This document shows, in pieces, positions 1 to 14,728 of a DNA stretch of 64,000 nucleotides. The stretch's first letter is position 1; each line of letters begins with the position of its first letter. The notes beneath the pieces were generated by a model. That model ran no database searches. It was not told the origin of the DNA and was given only the letters and a program-made list of their open reading frames with translations. The stretch is from the human T2T-CHM13v2.0 reference genome, Homo sapiens: assembly GCF_009914755.1 (NCBI RefSeq), contig NC_060938.1. One strand, 5' to 3'. A program made the translations under genes and the position numbers.

Positions 1-24
1 TATTAAGTAAAAGGTGGTTAAAAA

Positions 25-135
25 TCTATATGCTTTCTGATTCTAATCATAAGACATTCTGGAAAAGGCTAAAATATCAAGAAAGTAAAAAAAAAATTAG
101 TGGTTCTTAGGGGTTTGGTGGCAAGGAGGAAGGGA
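25..135 (+). mobile_element. Old L1M (L1MB/MC/ME-type) 3' UTR fragment
   Basis: 'tgattctaatcataagacattctggaaaaggctaaaat...tagtggtt...agggg' resembles the recalled L1M 3'-end consensus. Confidence 0.6.
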
Positions 136-1123
136 TAGAAAAAGAGCTCATGAAAGAGAGAGGGAAGACCGGTGTGCAGAGTACAAAGGTGGTCAGTGAG
201 AAAGGACATTCCAGTTGGTGGCAATAATAGAAGCCAAGGCATAATAATTGAAAATGCAGAACCTGATTCAATCAGGACAGGTCAGGCTGTGTTGCAGAAA
301 CTAAAATACAAGAGAGGAATAAGGGGGATGAGGCCAGTAAGCAAGTGGACCAGATCACAGAAACCTGAATTTTGTCCTTATGACAATGGGGAATGTTTAA
401 AATAACTTAAGCACAAGCATGCGATGGTCACATTTATTGGTCACTGCCACCAAGAAGCTGTGGACTTAAACCCTCATCTTTGCCTCCTTCCCTTACTCCT
501 CTTCCAAGCCCAGTCAGTGGGGAGTAACATGATCAAGTGCACTTTTTAATGTCTAGTCTGTGAATATAGTTCATCAACAGTGTCCAGGAATGATGGGGCA
601 GCCTTGAGCCAGACGGTATGACAGTCAATAAAGACAGACCAAAAGTATAGCTCAGTGAATACAGAAGCATTTACTGGACATTTACAAAGTGCTAGAAAAC
701 TGCACATTCTCTCGTTGTCTCTCTCTCTCTCCCTTCTTTCTCTCTCCTACCCTCTCACTCTTCTTTCTGCCCCCCCGTAACAATGTTTTAAGTTTGGTTT
801 ATTATTACATGCATTGACAAAACTGAGGCTGATTGCCATGAAGCAATTTTGCCTAATGTCAGAAGAAAGTGAGCCCAGGTCATTGGGCCCCAAATCCAAT
901 GCTTTCTATTTGAACTGCTTTCAAACTTGCTATCCACCTCTATTCATCACATCTGAATTCTTCCAGCCTCTGCCAAAGAGGTCATTTCTTGGCACACTGA
1001 ATCCCATTGTGGAGAGGGATAGAATAGGTGTGCCCTGGCCATCAGGTCACTACAATTATTATATATAGACTTCTGACTTGTGCATCCATGATCTCACAGC
1101 AGCACCGATTATTGTTACCCATA

Positions 1124-1596
1124 TGTGTTATTAACAGCTTCCTAAGGCTGCTATAACAAAGTACCAAAGCACGGTGGCTTAAAACAATAGAAACCTGCTC
1201 TGTCATAGTATGAAGGCAGAACTCTGAAATCAAAGCGGCAGCAGGGTTACTTCCTTTGGGGGCTGTGAAGGAGAATCCCACCCATGCCTCCCTCCTAGCT
1301 TTGGGTGTCTGCCGGCAGTCCTTGGTATTCCTTGGCTTGCGGCTGCCACACTCCCATTTCTGCCTCCATCCTCACATGGCCTTCTTGTTTGTCGTCTCTT
1401 CTATGTCTGCGTATGTCCAATCTTCCTTTCCTCTCTCTTACAAGGACACCAGTTGTTGGGCTTTGGGTCCCATCCTAAATCCAGATGACCGCAATTACTT
1501 CTGCAAAGACCCTATTTCCAAATAAAGTCACATTCACAAGCGTGGAGATCAGGACTTGGCCTGGTTTCTTTGGGGGACATAATTTCACCTGCTACT
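1124..1596 (-). mobile_element. MaLR solo LTR, MLT1C-like
   Basis: Starts 'cttcctaaggctgctataacaaagtacc...ggtggcttaaaacaa'; contains 'ctgcaaagaccctatttccaaataaagtcacattcac'; ends 'tttgggggacataatttcacc'; ~470 bp. Confidence 0.8.
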
Positions 1597-1872
1597 GCAT
1601 AGATGAGCAAGAGGAGTTTTTGCGAGGCTCAGTGACTCATCCCAGCACACAGCTAGGAAGTAAGGGAACATTAAGACAGAAGACCAGCTCCTTCTATCAC
1701 AAATCCAGGCCCCTCCTGTCTCTAGATCTCAAAGTCATTATCTCTGAATGCAACCTTTGGTTTAGAGACGTACATACAGCATTCAGAGCCAAGAAGAATC
1801 AAGGATGCGGTCCTTGGAAAAAGAAACACCTTGGAACTTGAAAAAAGAAACACCTTTCCTTTTCTATGGGAG

Positions 1873-2403
1873 TGTGCTTATGATATCTTGCTGCATAACA
1901 ACTACCCCAAGACTTTTTGGACTAAAACAACAAGCATGTTTTATCCCCGAGGTTTTGTGGGTCAGCAATTCCAGGTTGCTTAGCTGGGACTTCTGCATCC
2001 AGGTTATCCCCAGGCTACCATCAAGGTATCAGCTAAACCTGCAGCTATCCCAAGGCTTGGCCAGGAAAGGGTCTGCTTCCAGGCCCACTCATGGGGCTGT
2101 TGGAGGGCTTGGTTCTTCCTGAGCTGTTAGACTGAAGGTTTCAGTTCCTTGCTTGTTATTGGGTAGAGACTGTTCTCAGTGTCTGGTCACCTGAGGCCTC
2201 CACAGGGCAGCTTGCTCACTCAGTCAGAGAAGGGATGGAAAAACAAAAGCATGTCACCATCTACCATCACCTAATCTGGGACCTGACATCTCAATCATTA
2301 AGCCACCAAGCCTGTCCCACACTCAAAAGGAAGAGATTACACAAGGGTGTGAATGCCAAGAAGCAAGGATCACTGGGCATCACCTTAGAGACTGGCCACC
2401 AGA
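1873..2403 (-). mobile_element. MaLR solo LTR, MLT1F/E-like
   Basis: 'tgctgcataacaactacccca', 'gtgggtcagcaattc', 'cccacactcaaaaggaagagattacacaagggtgtgaatgccaagaag'. Confidence 0.75.
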
Positions 2404-2419
2404 CACAGCCACAAAAGTA

Positions 2420-2805
2420 GACCCTCCTTGTCTATGGGTGGAGTGATAGAAAGATGTGAGGAACAGAGCTATGGCAATCATTTTGCTGCAGTGAAAGGAG
2501 AGCTGGGGATTTTGAGGAAGGCATGACATGGAGCCTGAGGACAGGGCCAACACCAAGGGATACAGAAAGAACAGACTTAGAAGAACCAGGTCCTTGATGA
2601 CATGATTAAGCCTCTTGATCAGCCTCCTCTGTAGCCAGAAACCTCGGAAATGTTCAGATATAACGTGAGATAATAAATGCCACGGACAGAAAGTCCTAAC
2701 AGATGCATGACCCCACATATAAATATGGGCAAGGTAGTGAAAATAACCTCCTGAGGTTGTTTGCCTCTGGATACAAGCCTTTTTTGTCATTCATTATCAT
2801 TTGCT
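2420..2805 (+). mobile_element. Old MaLR LTR fragment, MLT1J/K-like
   Basis: 'gaaccaggtccttgatgacatgattaagcctcttgatcagcc...gtgagataataaat'. Confidence 0.55.
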
Positions 2806-4339
2806 CACAGATGATTCACATCGGTACTGTGAGCTGGCCTGGGGTGACCATCCACAAGCTCAGGGCTGGGTTTCTAGCTGCATCCATATTCCCCTTATAT
2901 TGAAGAACACCTTATATTTTATCAAGAGCCCCGAAGTCAAGCAGCTGATGAGGTTAAGGTCTGTCTACACCTGAGCACACAGCCAAAACCCCCAAGTCCC
3001 AGGGACTATTCATTTCACTGTGTTCGCAGGTGGGTTTTTAACAAAATTAGTAATGAGATCTTGCCTCCAAATCCCTTTTCCCTGGTGAATTCACTGGGGG
3101 AAAATCAGCTTGTCTGGGGGGAGCCTGCGTGGCCTGTTTTTTTCAACTGATGTTGAAATCCTACCATCTCCCAGCTCTGCCCTTCCACCCGCACCCACCC
3201 ACATGGAGACAACTAACCATTAACTTGTCTTTTCCCATTTCACTGAAGAATTTGCGAGCACAGACTCAGCACTCACCCTCTCTCTCTGACTTCCTCAGAC
3301 TCCAAACAGCACTTATAGAAAGTCAAAGTGTAATTGTGGAGATGTATTTGTGCTCTGGCCTTTTCAACATTTTGAGAATCACACACTGTGGGCTCCCCCC
3401 AGCCCTGCCCTTCTCCCTACCCCATAAACAATGTCTGACCTATAGCCTTTGAGGTAGGTTTCTGATGGGAATTGCAGATGATGGAGCCACCTTCTGCTTT
3501 AGGGACCTCCCCCATTCCCGGGTGGACACCGCCCCCCCCGCAACCTGCTCTGCTTCATGCATAGAGGGAAGAAATAACTATTCCCTGGAGATGCCGCATC
3601 TGATTCATAAGGAAAAAAAAAGGGATTTGAGGGGAAGATAATAGGAAGGATTTTGTTTTGTTTCATTTTTTTCTCATTTCACATTTTATTTGTAGAAGTT
3701 TAATGACTAGATATCAATGTTCTCTTTTATTTATCTACTTTCAAATTTTAATGAATACTTCTGGCTATAATTACCTAATTTTTATACTTAAAATGACTAG
3801 ACACCTGTAGTTCAGAGCACATTGTATTCCAGCATGATGGCTTATGGTATCAAGTGCTGCATATATATGGATTAATCAATAAGCAAATTCAATTCTTATG
3901 AGGTGCAGTTCATTCTTTAAATTGAAGAGGCATTGACAACAGGAGGGAGAGGGTTTAGTGCTACTCTCTTAGGATGAGAATCTACCATGAATGTGTTCAC
4001 TTCTCTGTTGTTCCTTTATTATCCAGGGAAGTGGCTTAATATTTTCTAAGAGTGGCCATTGTAAGCAGGACTCATCTATCCTTTTTTAGATGGATTTCTT
4101 TATTTTCAAGACAGTGTATGAGTAACCTGAAGAGGGGGTGGGTCTCAGTGCCCCCTCAAACCATTCAATTCTATAAAATGCCCAAGAGGTAAACATTGGA
4201 GGACTCCACTTCTAATAGGTATGGAAAATACAATTCTACCCTCTCTAGATGTGGGTCCTGATAAGGCTAGAAACCTCAGCTTTTAAAGTCATTGGTACTC
4301 TTTGGTATAATGACAACCACTATTGGACTAGGTACCAAT

Positions 4340-4530
4340 TTTAGGGCCTGTGTCTGAGGCACTATGCCAGGCGCATCACATACAAATTCTAGTCTCACAG
4401 CAGAGTGTGAACTGATATCTTCATTCTACAGATAAGGAGGCTCAAGGTGTGACAGACCATATCACATGTGAAAGTCATGTAGTTAAACCAGGAATATCTC
4501 ATATCTAAGCATTTTTTTCTGCCCACTCTA
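4340..4530 (-). mobile_element. MIR SINE fragment
   Basis: Reverse MIR core 'cattctacagataaggaggctcaagg'. Confidence 0.55.
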
Positions 4531-5778
4531 TTACATTAATTTATTGTTTCTCTCCTTTAATTTCTTTCCTTCTGGAGTACTCACACTAACCCTTCTCATG
4601 TTCTGTTAGAAGCAAGGCTCATTAGAATAAGAAAGGCAATTGCTTGAACCTCACCATCTTTTGCTGGAGCTTACAGAGAGGCAGTCATGGACCTCTTGAG
4701 ACCAGGAGGCCCAGGTACAGGTGATAAGAGCCCAGCTGAGACCAGAAAGGGCAGAAGGTGAGTGACTAATGGACTCCCACCACCCGCCTACTGGAACCCT
4801 GGGGGCCTGGAGGTGAGGAATTGTGAGCTAGACTAAAAGAGCATTTTCAATTATCCCAGGAGAGAAGTGTTTAGACAGGACAATTAGGTCATTTAAAGTG
4901 ACCATATTTTCTGTTAGAACCAAGGGAATTCCTAGTTCAGCCTGCCCTGGCTTTCTTAACCTCACTGGGTAAAGACATTGATGAGGGAAGAGAGGAATCT
5001 CCCCACAGCCTGGTGGCTCACAAGGTGTCATCCGAGACCTCTGTGGAGGGTTTACAATCAGGGGAGGCTTGTGGGACAAGGTGCACAGAGTAGGTGAGGA
5101 TTCATTGAATGCAAACTGATGAGAGTTTTCATAATGTTAAATAGGGAAAGAAGAGGAGGGTCACAGGGGTAGGAAGGAATTGTAAGCCACAGGATGTGTA
5201 AAGGCTGTTTTGATTAGGGAAGTTTGGACCACTCTGGGTGACCCACCTCTGTGAGAAGGAGAGATGTTTGGGTGGGGCTGGTGGAGAAAACGGCACCTTG
5301 TTAAGGCCAGAAAGATGGCCAGGAATTAGCAGGGAAGAGACACGGGGAGGGCTTTCTCGGAAAAGGGGCCATAAGTATTGGTATAGTAACAGTTTTACAT
5401 TTAAATTTAAAGAATGTCTTGATGGATTTTCAAGGTGAGCTTTTTAGGCCTTTCCACCTTCCAATGTCCCCTACTCCCCATTTTCCCTACAGATGAAATG
5501 ATCAAATTCAAGCTGCTATGGCATTTGACTTTCAAAGCCCAATACATTTCATTCCTTGTTAACCTGTTTATTCATCTCTTATAAATACTCTTTCCACCCC
5601 CACCCCAGTTTCACCTGGAGGTCTCACACAGGAGTGCCTTCTCTCTGCTATGCTCTCTGACTGCTGTGACCCCTGTGCACCCAGGTGGGGCCACAGTCAC
5701 TCCAGGAAGTCTTCTGTGCTGGCCCCACATCTTTCTCTTCTTCCTCTTTCAGCCTTCTCTGGATGCTAACAAAGCTGT

Positions 5779-6161
5779 TGATAGCTGTTAATGGTTTCGC
5801 TGTGTCCCCACCCAAATCTCATCATGAACTATAGTTCCCATAATCTCCACATATTGTGTCATGGGAGGGACCTGGTTGGAGGTAATTGAATCATGGGGGC
5901 AGTTACCCCCATGCTGTTCTCATGATAGTGATTCTTACAAGATCTGATGTTTTTTTTTAGGGGCTTTTCCCCCACTTCACTCATACTTCTCCTTGCTGCC
6001 ACTATGTGAAGAAGGATGTGTTTCCTTCTCCTACTGCCATGATTGTAAGTTTCCTGAGGCTTCCCCAGCCCTGCAGAACTGTGAGTCACTTAAACCTCTT
6101 CCTTTATAAATTACCTAGTCTCAGGTATGTCCTTATAGCAGCGTGAGAATGGACTAATACA
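5779..6161 (+). mobile_element. THE1 solo LTR (THE1C-like, ERVL-MaLR)
   Basis: 'tggtttcgctgtgtccccacccaaatctcatc...' through '...gcagcgtgagaatggactaataca'; 5-bp TSD gctgt at 5774-5778 and 6162-6166. Confidence 0.9.
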
Positions 6162-6685
6162 GCTGTGTTCTGAGTCCGATTTTATCTGTTTTATGGGATT
6201 GCGATAGCCCCAGCTCTGCTGTGTACTCTTGGAGCACAATGCTCTTGCTGTAGAATTCCTCAAATTCCCCAACAGACCCTAGACACCATGGATCTTTCCA
6301 TAACACTCTGCAATTAAGGGCTGGTTCCCAATGACTGACTCTTGAAAAATACTAGACCTTCTTCCATTAGCAAAATGAAACAAACAATACCATTTAAACT
6401 TGACCATAATGTGTTTGAAATCTCATTTTCTCTTAACCAAATGTCCTCTACTTTTTTAGTTGAACAACTTAAACTAGAAATTTACTATACAAGTTATAAG
6501 TCTGAGGTATTAGACCTTCCTTTTTTGATTACTGGTGGCAGTCTGATTTGTTTATATAGTGCTTCCGAGTTGACAGGAAACTTCTGGAGCCATTATCACT
6601 TTTTCCTACACAAAGGACTGAAAGAGTATTTTCTCTCCATTTGACAGATGAAGAAGCTAAGGCATGAGGGAATGAGCAAAAGTAA

Positions 6686-7074
<389 letters not shown>

Positions 7075-7216
7075 TGGCCCTTGTCTTATAAATTCTAAAA
7101 AGCAGATACTACTGCATTTACCTAAGACCATTGACAGGGAGTCTGAAAACTCATAGACATTCATTGGAGTGGAGTGAGAGGTGGGAAAGTGTGTTGTTTT
7201 GGTGGAGTGAGGCTCA

Positions 7217-7587
<371 letters not shown>

Positions 7588-8949
7588 TTAGGAAGAAAAA
7601 GGGATGGAACAGAGCCTTCTGTAATATTTTAAATCAAAGGGGTTGGCTATAAAATATGGAGACCAAAATAACTGCTGAGAACACAATGCTTTCACATAAA
7701 ATAAAAACTTGGGAAGAAGACTCCAGATAAGAAAGACTAACAGTTGGCACTTACATTTCAGTGTTATTTACCAGCAGGAAAAGACGATTTTGACTGATTG
7801 AGTTGAATGTGCTGAGTTGATGGTGAGTTCAATATGGCTGCAAAGCTCGGTACTGTCCTGGTCATTGTGCCTTCCGGGAGAGGGAGAACGACTGTGAGTT
7901 CCTGAGCCCAAAGGTGATCTTTTCTTGCTTTGTAGTTCTGAGGAGACTGCACCTGGACAAGTTGTAGAAATTTGGGCTGTGCGGTATGAGATGCATGTAT
8001 GCAGACTAAAAGGCATTCAGCCAACGGATCTAAAAATAATTAAAAGAAGAGTGAGATTACCTTTCATGGATGGACACAAAGACCAAATATATGTATTTAC
8101 CCTAAATGACAACAGAAGGAAACCAGAAAGATAATTGAAGGATTGTGAAGATCAAAGGGCTAGAGGATTTGCTCTTTCTGACACAAGGGTCTAGAATTGC
8201 AAAAAAAAAAAAAAAAAAACAGAACAAATGTATGATGCTAACATGTAGTTTGCCTGACAGAAAACCTTAAACAAAAACATAGTGGAGTTACTTCCCTTGG
8301 AAGAACTTAGATCTGGGGGGTGATTCAAAATCTACTCTCATAAACTGTCAAAAGTACATTGGGAAGAGAGGAATCATGTGCAATCAGTGAAAGAATAGTT
8401 TAGAGGATCTGCTAGGATAGTTCATCATTGCCTACTACGGCAATGTGACATCAAATAGGAAGCCCCAATTGTGTTGCTCAATTACATGTGTATTCAACAA
8501 GCAGAGCCTTGGGCATAGAACAGGACTCCTAAGTTTCTTACAGCCATGATAGAATATAGAGTATCTCTTTGAAACAAGCCCCTACATAAGCCTCAAAAAG
8601 AAACAAGTACAATTCAGAAGATGTGAACTCAGGGATATCCAAGAAAAGAGGATGAAAAATCAGACCGATGGGGAAAGAGACTGATATAACATTTTTTGAA
8701 GCCAAGTACTGCTAAGTTAATCCTGTAGTTGATCTCAATAAAAAGGAGGACATTAATAATCTGTCCAAAAATACATATTTCGGTGTATTTGGTGGAAGGT
8801 AAAGACTTAGAGAGAGAAGAGCCCAGTGCAAAGACTAAGAATAGTCCAATATGGCTGCAAGGCTCAGAGGTGCAAGGCACAGAGACTACAGGCTATTTAG
8901 AAACCAGACCAAAATCTCTATGATTCAGGCAGAGGTTTCTGAGAATTAC

Positions 8950-10600
<1,651 letters not shown>

Positions 10601-12169
10601 AGGAAAGAGACTGGGTATGCTTTAGATATTAATGCAGGGGATTCAGGGGGTGGGTATTCTGGGGCTTGTCTTGGGCAACAGGGAGGACAATTCTGTTTTT
10701 CCAGGAAGATAAGAGGAGGACAGTTTTAGACTCCAGCAAGGGATAGTTGAATTAAAATGAAACTAGTCCTGATCATTGTTGCCTATTATTTCCATAAAAA
10801 AACAAAAACAAAACCAGAAGCAGTGGGTAGAGGCAATGGCTAGATATTAGGAATTTGACAGGGGATGAAGGGTTAACCAAATCTTGGCGATGGATTCGAT
10901 TTGACTTTCTGGAGTTGAATCAGAGACCATGATCATAGACCATGGCACAACCTCTGACAGCATCATGTCTTTCAGAGTCTTTGGTAGGGAGGGCAGCTGC
11001 CTTCTGCCGAACATCTCCTCTGTTCTAAGACCTTAACCCACGTGATATAATCAACACTAATGCCGACACTGTGAAGTCACCTTTGGGAAGCTTGCCTTGC
11101 CGTGGGTCAGATTTTAACAGTTGCTGAGTTCAATTTCTAGCCCAACTCATTCTGGTTGCCAAGGGGCTTTTTTCTTCTTTATATTCACATTCCCTTTATC
11201 CATTGATCACACTGTCTGGTATTATCTGGCATCACCCTGGTGAAACAGTTGGCTGACCTTACTACTTCCTGACTCCTTAGCTTGCTGAATTGCTATGGAC
11301 CAAAAGTGAGACTAAAAGGGAGTGTAATGGAGCAGAGGGAATCAAGATTTGCATTATCAGTATGGTGGTTCTTCTTGATATTGCTGAAAACTCCATCAGG
11401 TGAGGGGCAGAGGAGGCTGTGTCTAATTATGTTTTATTTTTATCAATGAATAAGTGCTTCTCTTTCTAGAAACCCCCATTAAAAGCCAGTGAAAAAGGAT
11501 CAGTTGGGACAGCGTCCCCAGACATTCTTCACTTCCCATCCCCCATAGGCACTGAGTGCTTCCTGAGTGAAACATGGCATGTGATATTCTTCTCTCAATT
11601 GTCCAGGTGACAAGGCAGTTATGTCCCTTGCAGGGTCATGACCAGGACAGAATACCATACATGGATCTCCCGAATCCTCCCTGCTTGGGGTTGGCAGCCT
11701 CCTTTTCACTGCTGTGATGGAAACAGATGAATAAATGAGCTAGAAACCATGGACCATCAAAGAAGCTGTCATGACTTAATGATGACTGAATCATTTCTCA
11801 GATGAAGAAAATGAGGCATAAGAGTTAAAAGTTAATGCGTTACAGGTCACGTCTCAATCTTGGTCTCCATAGAAGTGTATGTATATTTCTGGGTAACTGT
11901 TTACACATTCCTCTCCTCCATGTGCTGTGAACAATTGGCAGAAATGGTCTGTCTTCCAACTCTGGATCCCAATGCTTCATAGTGTTGGCACACATAGACT
12001 GACTACGATCTCATAGCTACACATGCTGCTGAATGAGAGGCTATTGTTTGTCAGGCATTTTACTGGTCCTGGCATTTGAGTAATGATGTTAATCACTTTT
12101 ATCTAGTTCCATCTCCAATTTCACGTTGCATTTGTTGTTCATTTTAATCCTCTCTTCCTTGTGAAGAAG

Positions 12170-12300
12170 ACAGTATTATCATCACCATTTTTGCAAATGT
12201 CGTAACTAGGAACGTAAGAGTTTAAAACCTGCCTTAGTTCACGAGGCTACTAAGTGGTAGATGAGAACTTGAACCCCAAACTACTGATTCTGAATCTTAA
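12170..12300 (-). mobile_element. MIR SINE fragment
   Basis: 'attatcatcaccatttttgcaaatg...ctactaagtggtagatgagaacttgaacccc'. Confidence 0.65.
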
Positions 12301-13029
12301 ATGGATGTGCACAGCTACCAAGATGAAGAGGACCCCATCTGCACCCTCAGGAAGGTTCTAGTCTCAGAGAAATGGCCTCAGAAAATAAACTGAGGGATGT
12401 GCACTCCACTCCTTTATTCACTGGGGTCTGCCCGTGGGTTCCAGTCTAAGGGTTTGCACTTCTGAATGAGAACAATGTCCTGTTTGGGGGAGGAAAAGCA
12501 AATAGACAGGCCTGAGAAGTGGTTCAGTCATCGTCAATGTCATGACTGCTTCTTTGATGGTCCATAGTTCCTAGCTTGTTTATTCATCTCTTTCCATCAC
12601 TGTACTAAAAATGAGTCTGCCAACCCCAACCAGAGAGGGTTCAGGAGATCTGTGCACAGTATTCTGTCCTGGCCACGACCCACCAGGGAGCAGGCAGGAA
12701 TTAAGTGATGCAAAATGCTGGTATGAAATATTGCCATAATTGCTTTCTGGAAAACAACAAGCTTAATTCCCAGTAAAACGGCATTAGAATTTTCCAGGCT
12801 CTCAGACGGGGAAAATAAAATGCCCTTCCTAGAAATTTCTCATGCTCTGTGTTTTCTACGAGATGATGAAGACTCTGTAGAGGATAATGTGGAAGGTTTT
12901 GGAATCTATGCTCATTGCCCTGTTTCATCAAATGTATGTGGGACTCTTCTCAAACAGACAAAAAAACTCCAAAGCCCAGGCTGATACATATTTTAAAAAT
13001 TTCTATGAGAATAAAAAATGGCCCTAGAG

Positions 13030-13240
13030 TCTCTCAGCCTGAGTTCCATCCTGTCACTTAATAGCTAGGCATTGTTGAGTGCCTTACTTAAGGTAGAAAG
13101 CTCTGATTTTGTTGTCTGTAAAAATGAGACTAATACTAGAATTTTCCTCATAGATCTGTCAGTACCTTTTAATAAGTTATTCCAGATTAAACACTTAGCC
13201 TTGTGCCTGATACAATACATGTTGGCAATGATCTTAACAC
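13030..13240 (+). mobile_element. MIR SINE
   Basis: 'cctgagttccatcctgtcacttaatagct...tctgtaaaaatgag...tgtgcctgatacaata'. Confidence 0.65.
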
Positions 13241-14525
13241 TTTTCTGTTTCTCTTCTTCTCTTAGCTGATATGTTGAGACTGAGCTGTTTTACTTCAATG
13301 ACCCTTTCTTCTGTGCCATCACTTCCTTTCTGAATTCATTGAATTATTCTAAGTAGAGAATATCCTCACAAGGTGGTTTTGTGGATCCACAAAACCCTAC
13401 GGTGGTTCCAGAGTAATGTCTAGTGCTGGATAAATGTCTATGGCCCTGAACTTTGCGGGGAGAGGATTGGTGAGTTGAGTCAATACGTGTTGAACTGTAC
13501 AGCAAGAAAACTCAATTCCTTTCTTGTGATAATTGAAATCATTTCAATTCATTTCCTTCTTGGTTGGACAGAAACATGTTTTCAGTAGTGAGCAAATCTT
13601 GAGGGAATCCATTGACCTGAACACTCATATAATGCATGAAGTTAGTGGACAAAAAATGATATTCATCTTCAGTTAATAATAGCATTTTCTTCTGCAGCAC
13701 CTAAACTTAGGGGTGGTGAGGGATACTATTGGTGCAGTCACTGTGCCACCGGCAGATGCATGACCTTTGTTGTATCTAACTATAATTGGATCTATGGTGA
13801 AATAAAATAAAAACCAACACAAGTTTTGACACTAAGATAATAAATTATAAATTATGGAAGTCTACGCCACCAAGGATCTTGTAAACAACAGGCTGGTCTC
13901 TTAGCAACAGACCAAGGAGAGCAGGTTGTTGATAGGAATGGAGCAGACAGGATTGTTTTGTAGTGATTACTACCAAACACCAGGAACTACATTTCAACAC
14001 CTGCCCGAGGCCCCATCCCTGCCCAGCCTTTCTTTGTCCAATGGCCAGTGACCCTTTCCCACTGACCCAGATGACCAGACCCCATGGAGGGGACAATAAA
14101 GATATGGACTGAAGGATAGAGGTGGGCTGAGGATGCCCTGTGGGAACAGGAGGGAACTACAGAGGGGGCGGGAGAAATAAATACATTCTTATTTGATACT
14201 GTTTAAAATTAGGACTCTAAACGGGGAACTCCTCTTTTCCCTGCCCCCAACTCCCTTTGGTTTTAAAAATCTCACTGAGAGTGGTTGTCATGAAGGAATT
14301 TAGACAAGACTTTGACAAGGTGCCAAAATGGTTTATTTTAAAATGTTGTTCCCGAAAGCACCGGAATATTAAGTTGGAGCAAACGTTGCTTGGAAGAGCG
14401 AAGGGGTTGTGGTCACACATTCTTGGAAGAAGGGTGATGGAGATCAAGGTGTTTGTAACCTGGAATTAACAAACGCAGGTGGACCGAAGGACTCAGTCAC
14501 CAGGGAGTTTTTTTTTACAAATACA

Positions 14526-14728
14526 TGTGTAAGAGTGTGTGTGAGTGTAGGTGAGTGTGGGTGTGTGTGTGAGTGTGGGTGAGTGTGTGAGTGTATGTGT
14601 GAGTATGTGTGAGTGTATGTGTGAGTATGTGTGTGTGTGAGTGTGGGCGCGTGTGTGTGAGTGTGGGTGAGTGTGTGTGTGAGTGTGGGTGAGTGTGTGG
14701 GTGAGTGTGGGTGAGTGTGTGTCAGTGT
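14526..14728. repeat. Compound (TG)-rich tandem repeat with a GTGAGTGTGG-type 10-mer unit
   Basis: Directly visible ~200-bp array. Confidence 0.95.

Noticed and set aside
1813-1856. 24-bp-period direct repeat (cttg(g/a)aaaaagaaacacctt x2)
   Set aside because: Ordinary short slippage duplication with two copies and no spacer array; not CRISPR-like.
3076-3104. Imperfect palindrome ttttccctggtgaattcactgggggaaaa
   Set aside because: Short and imperfect, expected by chance, with no supporting context.
7680-8220. Possible processed pseudogene ending in the A-run at 8201-8219
   Set aside because: No polyadenylation signal at a suitable distance, no convincing TSD and no recognisable protein similarity.
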